Assembly (NCBI GenBank): GCA_963769025.1 | Contig: CAVYKI010000002.1 | Span: 32,001-96,000, forward strand | DNA length: 64,000 nt | Direction of reading: 5' to 3' | Source of the DNA: an uncultured Verrucomicrobiae bacterium | Lineage (GTDB): Bacteria; Verrucomicrobiota; Verrucomicrobiia; Chthoniobacterales; Chthoniobacteraceae | Shown here: positions 1 through 9,666 of the stretch, piece by piece | Layout: each line of letters starts with the position of its first letter | Numbering within the stretch: the first letter of the stretch is position 1 | Position numbers and translations under genes: made by a program | The notes under the pieces: model-generated | What the model was told of the DNA's origin: nothing | Databases searched by the model: none | What the model saw: the letters and a program-made list of their open reading frames with translations, nothing else

Positions 1-1670
1 CCGCGCTTGCCGAGCGTCTGAAAACGGAGCGCGCCGCCGTGCCGCTCGACGATGCGCGAGGCGATGGAAAGCCCGAGGCCGGTGCCGCTCGCCTTCGTGG
101 TGAAAAACGGATCGAAAAGCCGCGCCTGCACCTCCGGCGGGATGCCCTTGCCGGTATCCTTCACCTCGAGCGTCACGGCGTTCCATGCGCGCTCGCCGAA
201 TCCGACGCGCCGCTGCCGGGCGCGCAGCGTGATCGCGCCATCGCGGCCGATGCTCTCGGCAGCGTTGCGGATGAGATTGATGAGCACCTGCTTGATTTGC
301 TGACGGTCGGCGCGCACCGGCGTTTCCACGGCCTCCGAGATCGAGAGCCGGATCGCGGATTTTTTCATCTGCTCGTCCAGCAGTTCGCGCACTTCCCGCA
401 GCAGTTCCGCAGGCGAAACCGGCTCGAAGACCGGGTCGCCCGGACGCGCAAACTGCAAAAACTCGCGCACGATGCGCTCCAGACGCCCGATTTCCTCGGA
501 GATGAATTCGCCGTCCTCGGCTTCGGGCGACCCTTTGGGGAGCCGCTTTTGGTGGGTGTAAAGGCGTGCCTTGATCGCCGTCAGCGGATTGCGAATTTCG
601 TGCGCAACGCCCGAGGCGAGCACGGCGAGGGACGCGAGTTTTTTCGACTCCACAAGCGCCGCGTTGCTCATCGCTGCGCTGACCAGTCCCGCCATGAGTT
701 GCGCGACGCGCACGTCGCGCCCGCCAAATGCGTGCGGCTCGCTGGAGAGGACTTTCAGCACGCCGGCCGCCGGGCCGTCGTGATACAGCGGCACCACGAT
801 CATCGAGCGCAGGCCGACCTTCCGGCAGGCCGCGCGGTCCACCTGCGAAGCGGTCCTGGTTTCGTCGCATCGGAAGATTTCGCCCGTGCGGAAGCACTCG
901 CGCGCGAGGCCCGAGGCGATGCCCAGCCACACCGGGACGTGCCGCGTGGCGATGCCGGTGGCGAAGCGGGAGACGAGTTCACTTTGCTCCAGCAGATCGA
1001 TCGCGGCACCGCTCGCGTGGGTGAGTTCCTGTGTCTGCTGGGCGATCAGAGTCATCACCTCCTGAAAGTCCCTGCCGCTGCCGGCGATCTCGCGCTGGAC
1101 GGCGATGATCGTGGAGAGCCGCCCCGCGTCCTCTCGCAGAGCAGCGTCCACTCGCGCCAGTTCCGCGGTTCGCTCCTCCACGCGCTTTTCGAGTTCCTCA
1201 CGTGCCTGCTTGAGTTCCCGCTCGATGCGCTTGCGCTCGGTGATGTCGCGCACGGTCGCGATCACGGCCCGGCCTTCGTGCGTTTCCACCGGGCTGAGCA
1301 TGATGTCCACGGGGAACTCCGTCCCATCCCTGCGCCGGGCCGACAATTCCAGCCCCGCGCCCATCTCCCTCGCGTGCGGCGCGGCGGCGTAATTGCCCCG
1401 GTGCTGCGTGTGGCGCTTGCGAACGTGCGAGGGGATCAGCGATTCGACCATCTTGCCTGTCAGCTCCTTGCCCGTGTAGCCGAACATCGTCTCAGCCCTG
1501 TCATTGATGCGCGCAATCCGCCCTTTCGCATCGACCAGCAACATCGCATCGGGTGCGAAGCGAAACAGCGCGGCGAGCGTGTCGTTGAGCACCTGCAGGC
1601 CATCGGCACGCGCAGTCCCGGTGACTTGGGCGCGGCCCTCGCGGGCCGGATTCTTTCGGGAATTCTTCAT
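1..1670 (-). CDS. PAS-GAF sensor histidine kinase (3' end runs off the window)
   Basis: Manual minus-strand translation from ATG at 1670: PAS (FAPDAMLLVD...RRDGTEFPVDIMLSP...VRDITERK), GAF, H-box (GVAHEIRNPL), N-box (QVLINLIRNA), G boxes (DTGKGI, FDPFFTTK, GTGLGL). Absent from the ORF track because there is no stop inside the window. Confidence 0.93.
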   Translation of the reverse strand, partial: MKNSRKNPAREGRAQVTGTARADGLQVLNDTLAALFRFAPDAMLLVDAKGRIARINDRAETMFGYTGKELTGKMVESLIPSHVRKRHTQHRGNYAAAPHAREMGAGLELSARRRDGTEFPVDIMLSPVETHEGRAVIATVRDITERKRIERELKQAREELEKRVEERTAELARVDAALREDAGRLSTIIAVQREIAGSGRDFQEVMTLIAQQTQELTHASGAAIDLLEQSELVSRFATGIATRHVPVWLGIASGLARECFRTGEIFRCDETRTASQVDRAACRKVGLRSMIVVPLYHDGPAAGVLKVLSSEPHAFGGRDVRVAQLMAGLVSAAMSNAALVESKKLASLAVLASGVAHEIRNPLTAIKARLYTHQKRLPKGSPEAEDGEFISEEIGRLERIVREFLQFARPGDPVFEPVSPAELLREVRELLDEQMKKSAIRLSISEAVETPVRADRQQIKQVLINLIRNAAESIGRDGAITLRARQRRVGFGERAWNAVTLEVKDTGKGIPPEVQARLFDPFFTTKASGTGLGLSIASRIVERHGGALRFQTLGKR

Positions 1671-1875
1671 GGTTTTGGTGCGGGCAGGATGAGTGAAGGA
1701 TTCGCGCCTGAGGAGCTAAGCAACTTGGCACCTGATGGCAAGGGACTTACCACATCTTCCGTCCCCTACGGTTTCATGGGTAGTCGCAACGCACTGTGCC
1801 TCAAGAGCATGGGACTCTGTCGCCTCGGCGGCATGGGGGAAGCTAAAGCGATGGGCGACGAAACGATCCCAATCC

Positions 1876-2034
1876 ATGCAAATGCATCTCAGCCCTCGCA
1901 ACCTCCGGCTCAGCGGTGCCATCCACGCCTACATCGCGGAAGTGGGCGACAAGCTCGCCCGCCAGCTCCGCAAACGGAAAACGCGCCTCGTGGATAAGCG
2001 GCGCAAATCCTCGCCCAAGGAGAGCCGGCGATGA
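1876..2034 (+). pseudogene. Internally deleted ribosome hibernation factor (HPF/RaiA-like) remnant, 52 aa
   Basis: MQMHLSPRNLRLSGAIHAYIAE resembles the HPF N-terminus and is joined directly to VGDKLARQLRKRKTR, which resembles the HPF C-terminal helix. The middle of the domain is missing. Confidence 0.6.
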
Positions 2035-2468
2035 AAACGAAAGTCCTGCTCGTGGACGATGACGCCTCGGTTGTCGCCGCGCTCGGAGGCATGTTGCGCT
2101 CGGAGGGTTACGAGGTGATTCAGGCATTCGACGGCCGCGAGGCGCTCCAGCACTTTCGCGCCAGCGGCGGCACCGACCTCGCCCTGCTCGATCTCTGCAT
2201 GCCGGTGAAAGGCGGGTGGGACACCTTTGAGCAACTCACCACGATCAACCCGCTGCTGCCGATCATCGTCATCACCGCGCGCCCCGGCCAGTATCCGATG
2301 GCCGTCGCCGCCGGAGTCGCCGCGCTGATGGAGAAGCCGCTCGATATTCCACTGCTCCTCGAAACCATGCGCAAGCTTTTGGGCGAACCGCCCGAGACGC
2401 GGCTGGCGCGGATCGCAGGGCGGTCCCCGCGCACTCTTTACCTCGAATCGCCGGACCCACGCGTTTGA
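2031..2468 (+). CDS. Single-domain response regulator (receiver)
   Basis: VLLVDDD, DLALLDLCMP, IIVITA and MEKP receiver motifs. Confidence 0.92.
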   Translation: MKTKVLLVDDDASVVAALGGMLRSEGYEVIQAFDGREALQHFRASGGTDLALLDLCMPVKGGWDTFEQLTTINPLLPIIVITARPGQYPMAVAAGVAALMEKPLDIPLLLETMRKLLGEPPETRLARIAGRSPRTLYLESPDPRV

Positions 2469-2962
2469 AACGCAACCCTCACACCCTCCAAGTGCAACCA
2501 AAGTTCAAATCCACGAGCAACCTCAGCGACAACCTCGCCGCCTACAAAACTTACGCCGCCGAGGAGGGGATCAATCTCGAACGCTTTGTCGAGCGCGGTG
2601 GCCGGCTGCTCGGTGCCAAGGCCTTCTCGGCCCTGCCCGGCGGACTCGCCGTGTTCCGGGAGAAAATCAGTTCGCTGCACAGGAAGCATCCGCGGCTCAG
2701 CCGTCAACTCGGGTTCCTCGCGAGCTACTTCGAGTCCGCTCCCAAGAATCTTCCGGAGGCCGTCCTGAATGAAACGGCCTTTGCACTGCTCTATGCGGTG
2801 CAGGACAACGATCTGCTGCCGGACGACATGCCGGAGGTGGGGCACGTGGATGATGCAGCCGTCGCCGAGATCGTGCTCACCCGGCACTCCGCAATCTTCG
2901 AGCAGCACTGCGCCGGGCACGGCATCGAGTGGGCCGCACTGAAACCCGAAAGCCAGCCATGA
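2465..2962 (+). CDS. YkvA/DUF1232-like protein
   Basis: FALLYAVQDNDLLPDDMPEVGHVDDAAV matches the DUF1232 D-x-I-P-D...G-x-x-DD pattern. Overlaps both neighbours by 4 nt. Confidence 0.7.
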   Translation: MKRNPHTLQVQPKFKSTSNLSDNLAAYKTYAAEEGINLERFVERGGRLLGAKAFSALPGGLAVFREKISSLHRKHPRLSRQLGFLASYFESAPKNLPEAVLNETAFALLYAVQDNDLLPDDMPEVGHVDDAAVAEIVLTRHSAIFEQHCAGHGIEWAALKPESQP

Positions 2963-4278
2963 AGGACACACCCATCAAGCCCATCGTCTGCGGCACGGAC
3001 TTTTCCGAATGCGCGGCGCAAGCCGCCACCGTGGCCGACGCGCTCGCGCGGCGGCTGGACGCTCCGCTCGTTCTTGCCCGCAGCGCGGATGAGCGCGGTG
3101 CGTTCCCCGAGCACCTGCGCACGCGCCTCGTGAATGAAGATCGCCCGCGGCTCGCGGAGCAGGCGGATCGGTTGCGCGGCCTCGGCCTGGCCTTCGAGGA
3201 AAAGCTCCTCCGCGGCGTGCCGGATGACGGCGTCGCGGCCTTCGCCGGGCAGGCAGGCGCACAACTCGTGGTCGTCGGCGCATCCGGCAAGGGTTCGGCG
3301 TGGGCTGGGCGCTGGGTGCTCGGCAACATCGCGGAACGAATCGCCGAAACGTCATCCGTGCCGACGCTGGTCGTGCGTGCGTCGGAAAAGTTGCTGGACT
3401 GGACGCGTGATGGACGTCCGCTGAAGGTTTTCATCGCGGTGGATTTCACGGCGACCTCCGAGGCGGCGCTGCGCTGGCTTGCGGACTGGCGGCAGATCGG
3501 GCCGTGCGAGATCACGCTCGGCTACGTCCATCGCCTGCCGGAACCGCGGGGCGATATCGCGATGTTCGAGGGACTGGGAATGACCGCCATGACGGCGAAA
3601 ACCCGCGAGGAACTGGAGCGCGATCTCCGCGAGAGGGCGGTGCGGCTGCTCGGCGTGGAGCCCGCGATCCGCGTGGTGCCGGCATCGGCGCGGGTGGACG
3701 CGCACCTCATCCAGCTCGCCACGGAAGCGGGGGCGGATCTGCTCGTGCTCGGCGTGCATCAATGGCACGGCCTGCAGCGCGTGTGGCACGCGTCCATTTC
3801 GCGGCGCATCCTGCATCACGCGCCGATGAGTGTCGCCTGCGTGCCGGTGCCGACCGCGCAACGCGGCGCGGCGGCGTCCATCCCGACATTTGATCGCGTG
3901 CTCGTGGCGACGGATTTTTCCGAGCGCGCCGGCCACGCGATTCCCTACGCGTATGCTGCGCTGTCGCGCGAAGGCGCGGTGTGCCTCGTCCACGCCATCA
4001 AGCCGGGCGAGGTGAAAGGTGATTCGGAGGCGCGACTTCGCGCACTCATTCCCGCCGAAGCCGAGGAGCGCGGGGCAACGACCGAAACGCGGATCATCGA
4101 GGCTGGCGATGCGGCAAAAGCGATTTGCGAGGCGGCGGAACGGTTCGGCACGGACCTCGTGTGCATCGGCTCGCATGGCCGCTCCGGCCTGGCGGCGGCG
4201 GTGATGGGTTCGGTCGCCCAGGCAGTCATCGCCCGAAGCCCGCGCCCCGTGCTCGTCGTCCGCCCGCCGCTGCCGTGA
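2959..4278 (+). CDS. Universal stress protein (three Usp domains)
   Basis: Repeated IVCGTDFS / FIAVDFT / LVATDFS starts and GxxG...GSVA...PVLVVR ends. Confidence 0.92.
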   Translation: MKDTPIKPIVCGTDFSECAAQAATVADALARRLDAPLVLARSADERGAFPEHLRTRLVNEDRPRLAEQADRLRGLGLAFEEKLLRGVPDDGVAAFAGQAGAQLVVVGASGKGSAWAGRWVLGNIAERIAETSSVPTLVVRASEKLLDWTRDGRPLKVFIAVDFTATSEAALRWLADWRQIGPCEITLGYVHRLPEPRGDIAMFEGLGMTAMTAKTREELERDLRERAVRLLGVEPAIRVVPASARVDAHLIQLATEAGADLLVLGVHQWHGLQRVWHASISRRILHHAPMSVACVPVPTAQRGAAASIPTFDRVLVATDFSERAGHAIPYAYAALSREGAVCLVHAIKPGEVKGDSEARLRALIPAEAEERGATTETRIIEAGDAAKAICEAAERFGTDLVCIGSHGRSGLAAAVMGSVAQAVIARSPRPVLVVRPPLP

Positions 4279-4406
4279 CCGTTTTTCAAATCCAAACTCC
4301 ACCATTCCCATGAAACGCCAACCCATCGCCAAATCGAAAGCGCGCAAAGCCGCGCGCGCCTGGCCCGACGCCTTGGAAACGCCGCGCCGTGGCCAATCCT
4401 GATGCC

Positions 4407-5330
4407 ATGAAAACCATCGTCATTGCCTACGACGGCTCGGAGTGCTCCGAGGCCATCTTCACCGAACTCCAGCACGCCGGTCTGCCGCCCCGACTGGACG
4501 CGCATGTGGTGGCGGTCGCCGAACTGTGGGCAGCCATTGCGACCGATCCGGGCATGTGGGCGCCCATGTCGGCGGACCCCCCGTTTGTGCGCTCCTCCGA
4601 GACGGAGAAGCTGGAGGCGATGCGCCGCGCAGGCGCGCTCGCCGGACGGGGAGCCGCGCATTTGCGGGCGGCATTTCCAGCATGGTCAGTGGTGCCGGAG
4701 GGACCGGTCGGCTCGGTGGCGAACGCAATCGTGCAGCGGGCGCGGGAAGTTTCTGCGGATTTGATCTTCGTCGGCTCGCACAGCCGCTCCGCAGTCGGGC
4801 GTTTCTTCCTCGGCAGCGTCTCGCAGAAAGTCGCCTCAGAGGCGAAATGCTCGGTGCGCATCTGCCGCCCGCGTCCGTCTTCGGGAACCGCGCCGCGGCT
4901 GCTGCTGGCGGTGGATGGTTCGGCGCCGTCGGAAGCCGCAGTGCGCGCCGTGGCTGAACGCACATGGCCTGCGGGCACTGCGGTGGCGGTGATCAACGTC
5001 ATCGAGCCCCGGCTCCGGGCGGAGGTGGGCGACCTTCCACCGGAATATGCCGTCGAAATCCTGCGCCAGCATGAGGCGAGGATCGACTGGCTCGAAGCGA
5101 TGGGAACCGCCGCGCACCAACTGCTCGAACGCGCCAGCCTCGTTCTCGAACGTCAAACGCTCGACGGTGAACCAAAGCACACACTGCTCGAATGGGCGGA
5201 ACGCTGGAACGCGGACTGCATTTTCATCGGCGCCTCCGGCCTTCAGCACCCCGACAGCAAAACGCTCGGCACCGTGGCCTCCGCCCTGGCCGTGCGCGCC
5301 CATTGCTCGGTGGAGATCGTGCGCCAATGA
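4407..5330 (+). CDS. Universal stress protein (two Usp domains)
   Basis: IVIAYDGSE, DLIFVGSHSRS...LGSVSQKV, LLLAVDGS, AHCSVEIVR. Confidence 0.92.
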   Translation: MKTIVIAYDGSECSEAIFTELQHAGLPPRLDAHVVAVAELWAAIATDPGMWAPMSADPPFVRSSETEKLEAMRRAGALAGRGAAHLRAAFPAWSVVPEGPVGSVANAIVQRAREVSADLIFVGSHSRSAVGRFFLGSVSQKVASEAKCSVRICRPRPSSGTAPRLLLAVDGSAPSEAAVRAVAERTWPAGTAVAVINVIEPRLRAEVGDLPPEYAVEILRQHEARIDWLEAMGTAAHQLLERASLVLERQTLDGEPKHTLLEWAERWNADCIFIGASGLQHPDSKTLGTVASALAVRAHCSVEIVRQ

Positions 5331-5373
5331 CCGTCGCACCATTTCTCGAAGAACAACACAACCCAACAGCCCC

Positions 5374-5706
5374 ATGACGACGAACAGCAAAGCGAAAACC
5401 AAAAAGACCGGCGCATCAGCCACCGGTGCAGCCCGCCAAATCAAGCCGATCCGTCTGAGCCTGCATTGCCCGGAAGCCCACACCGTCTGCCTCGCGGGCA
5501 GCTTCAACGACTGGCAGCCCGATCATCTCCAGAGCGACGCCGAGGGGGAATGGAGCGTCGAACTGAGCCTGCCCCCCGGCGACTACGAATACCTTTTCGT
5601 CGTGGACGATCGCTGGCTGCCCGACCCCGCGGGCGCGGAGAGCCGCCCCAATCCCTTTGGTGGCGAGAACTCCGTGCTGCACGTGCCGGGCGCAGAGCCG
5701 CAGTAA
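5374..5706 (+). CDS. Glycogen-binding CBM48 / isoamylase early-set domain protein
   Basis: VCLAGSFNDW...GEWSVELSLPPGDYEYLFVVDDRWLPDP...NPFGGENSV. Confidence 0.88.
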   Translation: MTTNSKAKTKKTGASATGAARQIKPIRLSLHCPEAHTVCLAGSFNDWQPDHLQSDAEGEWSVELSLPPGDYEYLFVVDDRWLPDPAGAESRPNPFGGENSVLHVPGAEPQ

Positions 5707-5719
5707 CGCACGCACTCTC

Positions 5720-6445
5720 ATGACCACGCCGCCAAAGAAGTCCAAACCCGCCCGCGCATTGATGGACGGCGCGAAACGCGCCCGTCTCAAACGGAGGCTG
5801 GCCGCGCACGAGAACGGACGCTGCCGGATCGTGCTCACGGGCGGTCCCGGCGGCGGGAAGACCACGGCCGCGGATCTGTTTCGCCGGGAAATTGGCGAGC
5901 GCGTGGTCATCGTCCCGGAGGCCGCCACGCTGGTTTTTTCGGGCGGCTTCCCCCGCTGCACGGCGAGGCCCGGCATCCTCGCGGCCCAGCACGCCATCTT
6001 CCATGTGCAGCGCAATCTGGAGGATGTGCAATCCTCGCGCTACCCGGATCGCATCCTCCTCTGCGACCGCGGCACCGTGGACGGTGCGGCTTACTGGCCC
6101 GGAGCTCCGCACGAATTTTTCGCCACGCTCGGCACCACGCTGGAGCACGAGCTCGCGCGCTACGATGGCGTGATCTTTTTTGAAAGCGCGGCAGTCGGCG
6201 GCATGCGCATCGAGGGCGGCAACCCCGTGCGCAACGAGTCCATGGAACAGGCCGCTGCGCTCGATGCAAAGCTGCGCAGTCTGTGGGCGCATCATCCGCG
6301 CTTCGTCCTCGTGAGGCACAACCCTTCGTTCTTTAAGAAGATCAGCTTCGGCCTCGCCGAACTCGACACCATGGTGGCCGAACTCGCCGCCCGGCGAAGC
6401 TCCGCGACGGCAGGAAAACCAAACCGACAACTTAAAAAATCATGA
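5720..6445 (+). CDS. AAA_28 (NadR/Ttd14-like) P-loop ATPase/kinase
   Basis: RIVLTGGPGGGKTT Walker A, VPEAA, LLCDRGTVDGAAY. Confidence 0.8.
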   Translation: MTTPPKKSKPARALMDGAKRARLKRRLAAHENGRCRIVLTGGPGGGKTTAADLFRREIGERVVIVPEAATLVFSGGFPRCTARPGILAAQHAIFHVQRNLEDVQSSRYPDRILLCDRGTVDGAAYWPGAPHEFFATLGTTLEHELARYDGVIFFESAAVGGMRIEGGNPVRNESMEQAAALDAKLRSLWAHHPRFVLVRHNPSFFKKISFGLAELDTMVAELAARRSSATAGKPNRQLKKS

Positions 6446-8859
6446 GCACATCCAAGTCACACCCGTTCATCAAATGGTTCGCCGACATCCGCATTGAGGA
6501 CGTTCCCTTGGTCGGCGGCAAGAATGCCTCGCTCGGCGAGATGGTGCGCGAACTCGCCAGCAAGGGCGTGAAGGTGCCCGACGGTTTCGCGATTACGGCG
6601 GAGGCGTTCCGACATTTCATCTGCGAGGCAAAACTCGACGAGCGCATCCGGGCGACGCTCTCGGACCTCGACACGCATGACATGGCGAATCTCAGCCAGC
6701 GCGGCCACGAGGTGCGGCAGGCCATTCTCGGCGCGGCGCTGCCGGCGGATTTGCAGGAGTTGATTGGGTCAGCTTATCGGCAGTTGCAGGGCGAAGCGAA
6801 GACGCCGCTCGATGTCGCGGTGCGTTCGTCGGCGACGGCGGAGGATTTGCCGGACGCGAGCTTCGCGGGGCAGCAGGAGACATATCTCAATGTCCACGGC
6901 ACTTCGGCGCTGCTGGAGACGTGCAAGCGCTGCTTCGCGTCGCTCTTCACCGATCGCGCGATCAGCTACCGCGTGGACAAGGGCTTCGATCATTTCAAGG
7001 TCGCGCTCAGCATCGGCGTGCAACGAATGGTGCGCTCGGACCTCGCGTGCTCGGGCGTGATGTTCACGATTGATACCGAGAGCGGCTTCCGCGACGCGGT
7101 GATGATCAGCGCCGCCTACGGGCTCGGCGAAAACGTCGTGCAGGGCTCGGTGACGCCGGACGAATACACGGTCTTCAAGACCACGCTGAAGACCGGGCAT
7201 CGGCCCATTCTGCAAAAGACGATCGGGAGCAAGGAATTCAAACTCATCTACGACACCGGCGGCGGAAAGATGGTGAAGAACGTACCCGTCGCGGCGGGTG
7301 ATCGTGCGAAGCTCGCGCTCACCGATGACGAGGTGCTGGAACTCGCGCGCTGGGCCTGCATCGTCGAAGACCACTACTCCGCCAAGCGCGGCCAGCACGC
7401 ACCGATGGACCTGGAGTGGGCGAAGGACGGGCACACCGGCGAGCTTTTCATCGTGCAGGCGCGGCCCGAGACCGTGCAGTCGCGCAAGGATCTCGACGTA
7501 CTCGAGACGTATCGCCTCGAAAAACGCAGCACGGTGCTCGCGAGCGGGCGCGCCGTGGGCGCAAAGGTCGCCACCGGCAAGGTGCGCGTCATCCAGAGCG
7601 TCGCGCATATCGGGCAATTCCAGGCGGGCGAAGTGCTCGTGACCGACAAGACCGATCCCGACTGGCAGCCGATCATGAAAAAGGCGGCGGCCATCATCAC
7701 CAATCGCGGCGGACGCACCTGCCATGCCGCCATCGTGAGCCGCGAACTCGGCGTGCCCGCCATCGTCGGCACCGAGCACGGCACCGAGGCGCTGAAGGAC
7801 GGCCAACTGGTCACCGTGAGCTGCGCGGAAGGCGACACGGGCTTCGTCTATGAGGGCGAGCTGCCGTTCGACGTGGAGCGCACGGACCTCAAGTCGCTCG
7901 GCAAGCCGCGCACGAAAGTGATGATGAACCTCGCGAACCCCGAGGAGGCGTTTGCGATTTCCTTCATCCCGAATGAAGGCGTCGGCCTCGCGCGGATGGA
8001 GTTCATCATCAGCACGTATATAAAAATCCATCCGCTCGCGCTAATTGACTTCGCGAAGCTCGCCGACGCGGGTGCGAAAGCGGAAATCGAGAAGCTCACC
8101 GCGGGCTACAGCGACAAGCCGCAGTTCTTCGTGGACAAGCTCGCGCAGGGCGTCGCGATGATCGCCGCCGCGTTCCATCCGAAGGACGTGATCCTGCGGC
8201 TGAGCGATTTCAAATCGAACGAATACGCGAACCTCATCGGCGGCAAAGCGTATGAGCCCAGCGAGGAGAATCCAATGATCGGCTTCCGCGGTGCGAGCCG
8301 CTACTATCATGAGCGCTATCAGGCCGGCTTTGCGCTGGAATGCCGCGCGGTGAAAAAGGTTCGCGATGAGATGGGTCTCACGAACCTCAAGCTGATGATC
8401 CCCTTCTGCCGCACCATCGAGGAAGGCCAGCGCGTGCAGGTCGAGATGGAAAAGCACGGACTCAAGCGCGCCCAGGACGGGCTGGAGATTTACGTGATGT
8501 GCGAGATCCCCAGCAACGTCATCCTCGCGGAGGAATTCGCCGACATCTTCGACGGCTTCAGCATCGGTTCAAATGATCTCACGCAGCTCATCCTCGGCGT
8601 GGACCGTGACAGCGAGATCGTCGCGCCCATTTTCGACGAACGAAACGCGGCGGTGAAAAAGATGATCGCGCAGGTCATCGCCACCTGCCGCGCGAAAGGC
8701 CGCAAGATCGGCATCTGCGGCCAGGCCCCGAGCGATTACCCGGAGTTCGCGCAGTTCCTCGTCGAACAGGGCATCGACAGCATCTCGCTCAATCCCGACA
8801 CCGTGCTGAAGACGACTCTGGCGATTTTGGAGACTGAGGCACGGACGAAGGGCGCGTGA
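6442..8859 (+). CDS. ppsA: Phosphoenolpyruvate synthase
   Basis: VGGKNASLGEM, VAVRSSATAEDLPDASFAGQQET, GGRTCHAAIVSRE (phospho-His), EENPMIGFRGA, FSIGSNDLTQL. Confidence 0.97.
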   Translation: MSTSKSHPFIKWFADIRIEDVPLVGGKNASLGEMVRELASKGVKVPDGFAITAEAFRHFICEAKLDERIRATLSDLDTHDMANLSQRGHEVRQAILGAALPADLQELIGSAYRQLQGEAKTPLDVAVRSSATAEDLPDASFAGQQETYLNVHGTSALLETCKRCFASLFTDRAISYRVDKGFDHFKVALSIGVQRMVRSDLACSGVMFTIDTESGFRDAVMISAAYGLGENVVQGSVTPDEYTVFKTTLKTGHRPILQKTIGSKEFKLIYDTGGGKMVKNVPVAAGDRAKLALTDDEVLELARWACIVEDHYSAKRGQHAPMDLEWAKDGHTGELFIVQARPETVQSRKDLDVLETYRLEKRSTVLASGRAVGAKVATGKVRVIQSVAHIGQFQAGEVLVTDKTDPDWQPIMKKAAAIITNRGGRTCHAAIVSRELGVPAIVGTEHGTEALKDGQLVTVSCAEGDTGFVYEGELPFDVERTDLKSLGKPRTKVMMNLANPEEAFAISFIPNEGVGLARMEFIISTYIKIHPLALIDFAKLADAGAKAEIEKLTAGYSDKPQFFVDKLAQGVAMIAAAFHPKDVILRLSDFKSNEYANLIGGKAYEPSEENPMIGFRGASRYYHERYQAGFALECRAVKKVRDEMGLTNLKLMIPFCRTIEEGQRVQVEMEKHGLKRAQDGLEIYVMCEIPSNVILAEEFADIFDGFSIGSNDLTQLILGVDRDSEIVAPIFDERNAAVKKMIAQVIATCRAKGRKIGICGQAPSDYPEFAQFLVEQGIDSISLNPDTVLKTTLAILETEARTKGA

Positions 8860-8876
8860 GTGCGTGAGCGGGTCGC

Positions 8877-9659
8877 CTACGGAGTGAGAAGCGCGCCCGC
8901 GTTTCTCCACAACATGTAGGCGGCGACGAGCCACATCCCGGCGGCGAAGACCTGCCGCAGTCGGGAAGCCGAAAGCCGCGTGCGAAGTCCCGAACCCGCG
9001 AGCATTCCGGCGAAGCTGCCGGCGACGAAGAGCGCGCTGAGCAGGGGCGGAAAGTGTGCCCCGTGCAGCAGGTGCGCGGTGACGCCGGAGATGGCGATGA
9101 GGAAAATGACGAGCAGCGACGTCGCAACCGCGCGGTGGATCGCCATGCCGGTGACGAAAACGAGCGCGGGCACAATGATGAAGCCGCCGCCCACGCCGAA
9201 AAGTCCCGAGAGCACGCCCGCCGACGCGCCCGCGCCAATCAGCCGCGCGTAGCAGCCGGGGTGCAGTTTGCCATCGCCGCGCGCGACACACGGGCCGGTG
9301 GCGAGCGCGTCGCCGCTGCGGCCCGCCCACATGCGCCAGCCCACGACGAGCATCAGCAGCGCAAATGCGGTGAGCACCAGCGCGGGCGCGAGGTGTCTCG
9401 CGAGCGCGGCACCGGCGGGTGCGAGCGCCATGCCTGCACCGGCGAAGACGAGGCCGGAGCGCCATTCGAGATCGCTCCGGCGCAGCGTGGCGCCAAAGCC
9501 GGCGGTGAGACCCACGGCGGCGAGACTCAGCCCGGCGGCGGTGCTGACCGGCTGGCCCAGGCCGTAGATGAGCAGCGGCACGGCAAAGATGGAGCCGCCA
9601 CCGCCGGTGAGTCCGAGCGAGACGCCGATGAGCAGTCCGAATAGCAGCGGCGCGAGCAT
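8877..9659 (-). CDS. Sulfite exporter TauE/SafE (TSUP) family
   Basis: GLTGGGGSIFAVP and GLFGVGGGFIIVP duplicated motifs in a hydrophobic 260-aa protein. Confidence 0.9.
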   Translation of the reverse strand: MLAPLLFGLLIGVSLGLTGGGGSIFAVPLLIYGLGQPVSTAAGLSLAAVGLTAGFGATLRRSDLEWRSGLVFAGAGMALAPAGAALARHLAPALVLTAFALLMLVVGWRMWAGRSGDALATGPCVARGDGKLHPGCYARLIGAGASAGVLSGLFGVGGGFIIVPALVFVTGMAIHRAVATSLLVIFLIAISGVTAHLLHGAHFPPLLSALFVAGSFAGMLAGSGLRTRLSASRLRQVFAAGMWLVAAYMLWRNAGALLTP

Positions 9660-9666
9660 TGCCGTC

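Noticed and set aside
39..1997. 652-aa plus-strand ORF
   Set aside because: Antisense shadow of the minus-strand histidine kinase, with no recognisable motifs.
4310..4402. 30-aa basic ORF between the two USP genes
   Set aside because: No recognisable homology, so it cannot be supported.
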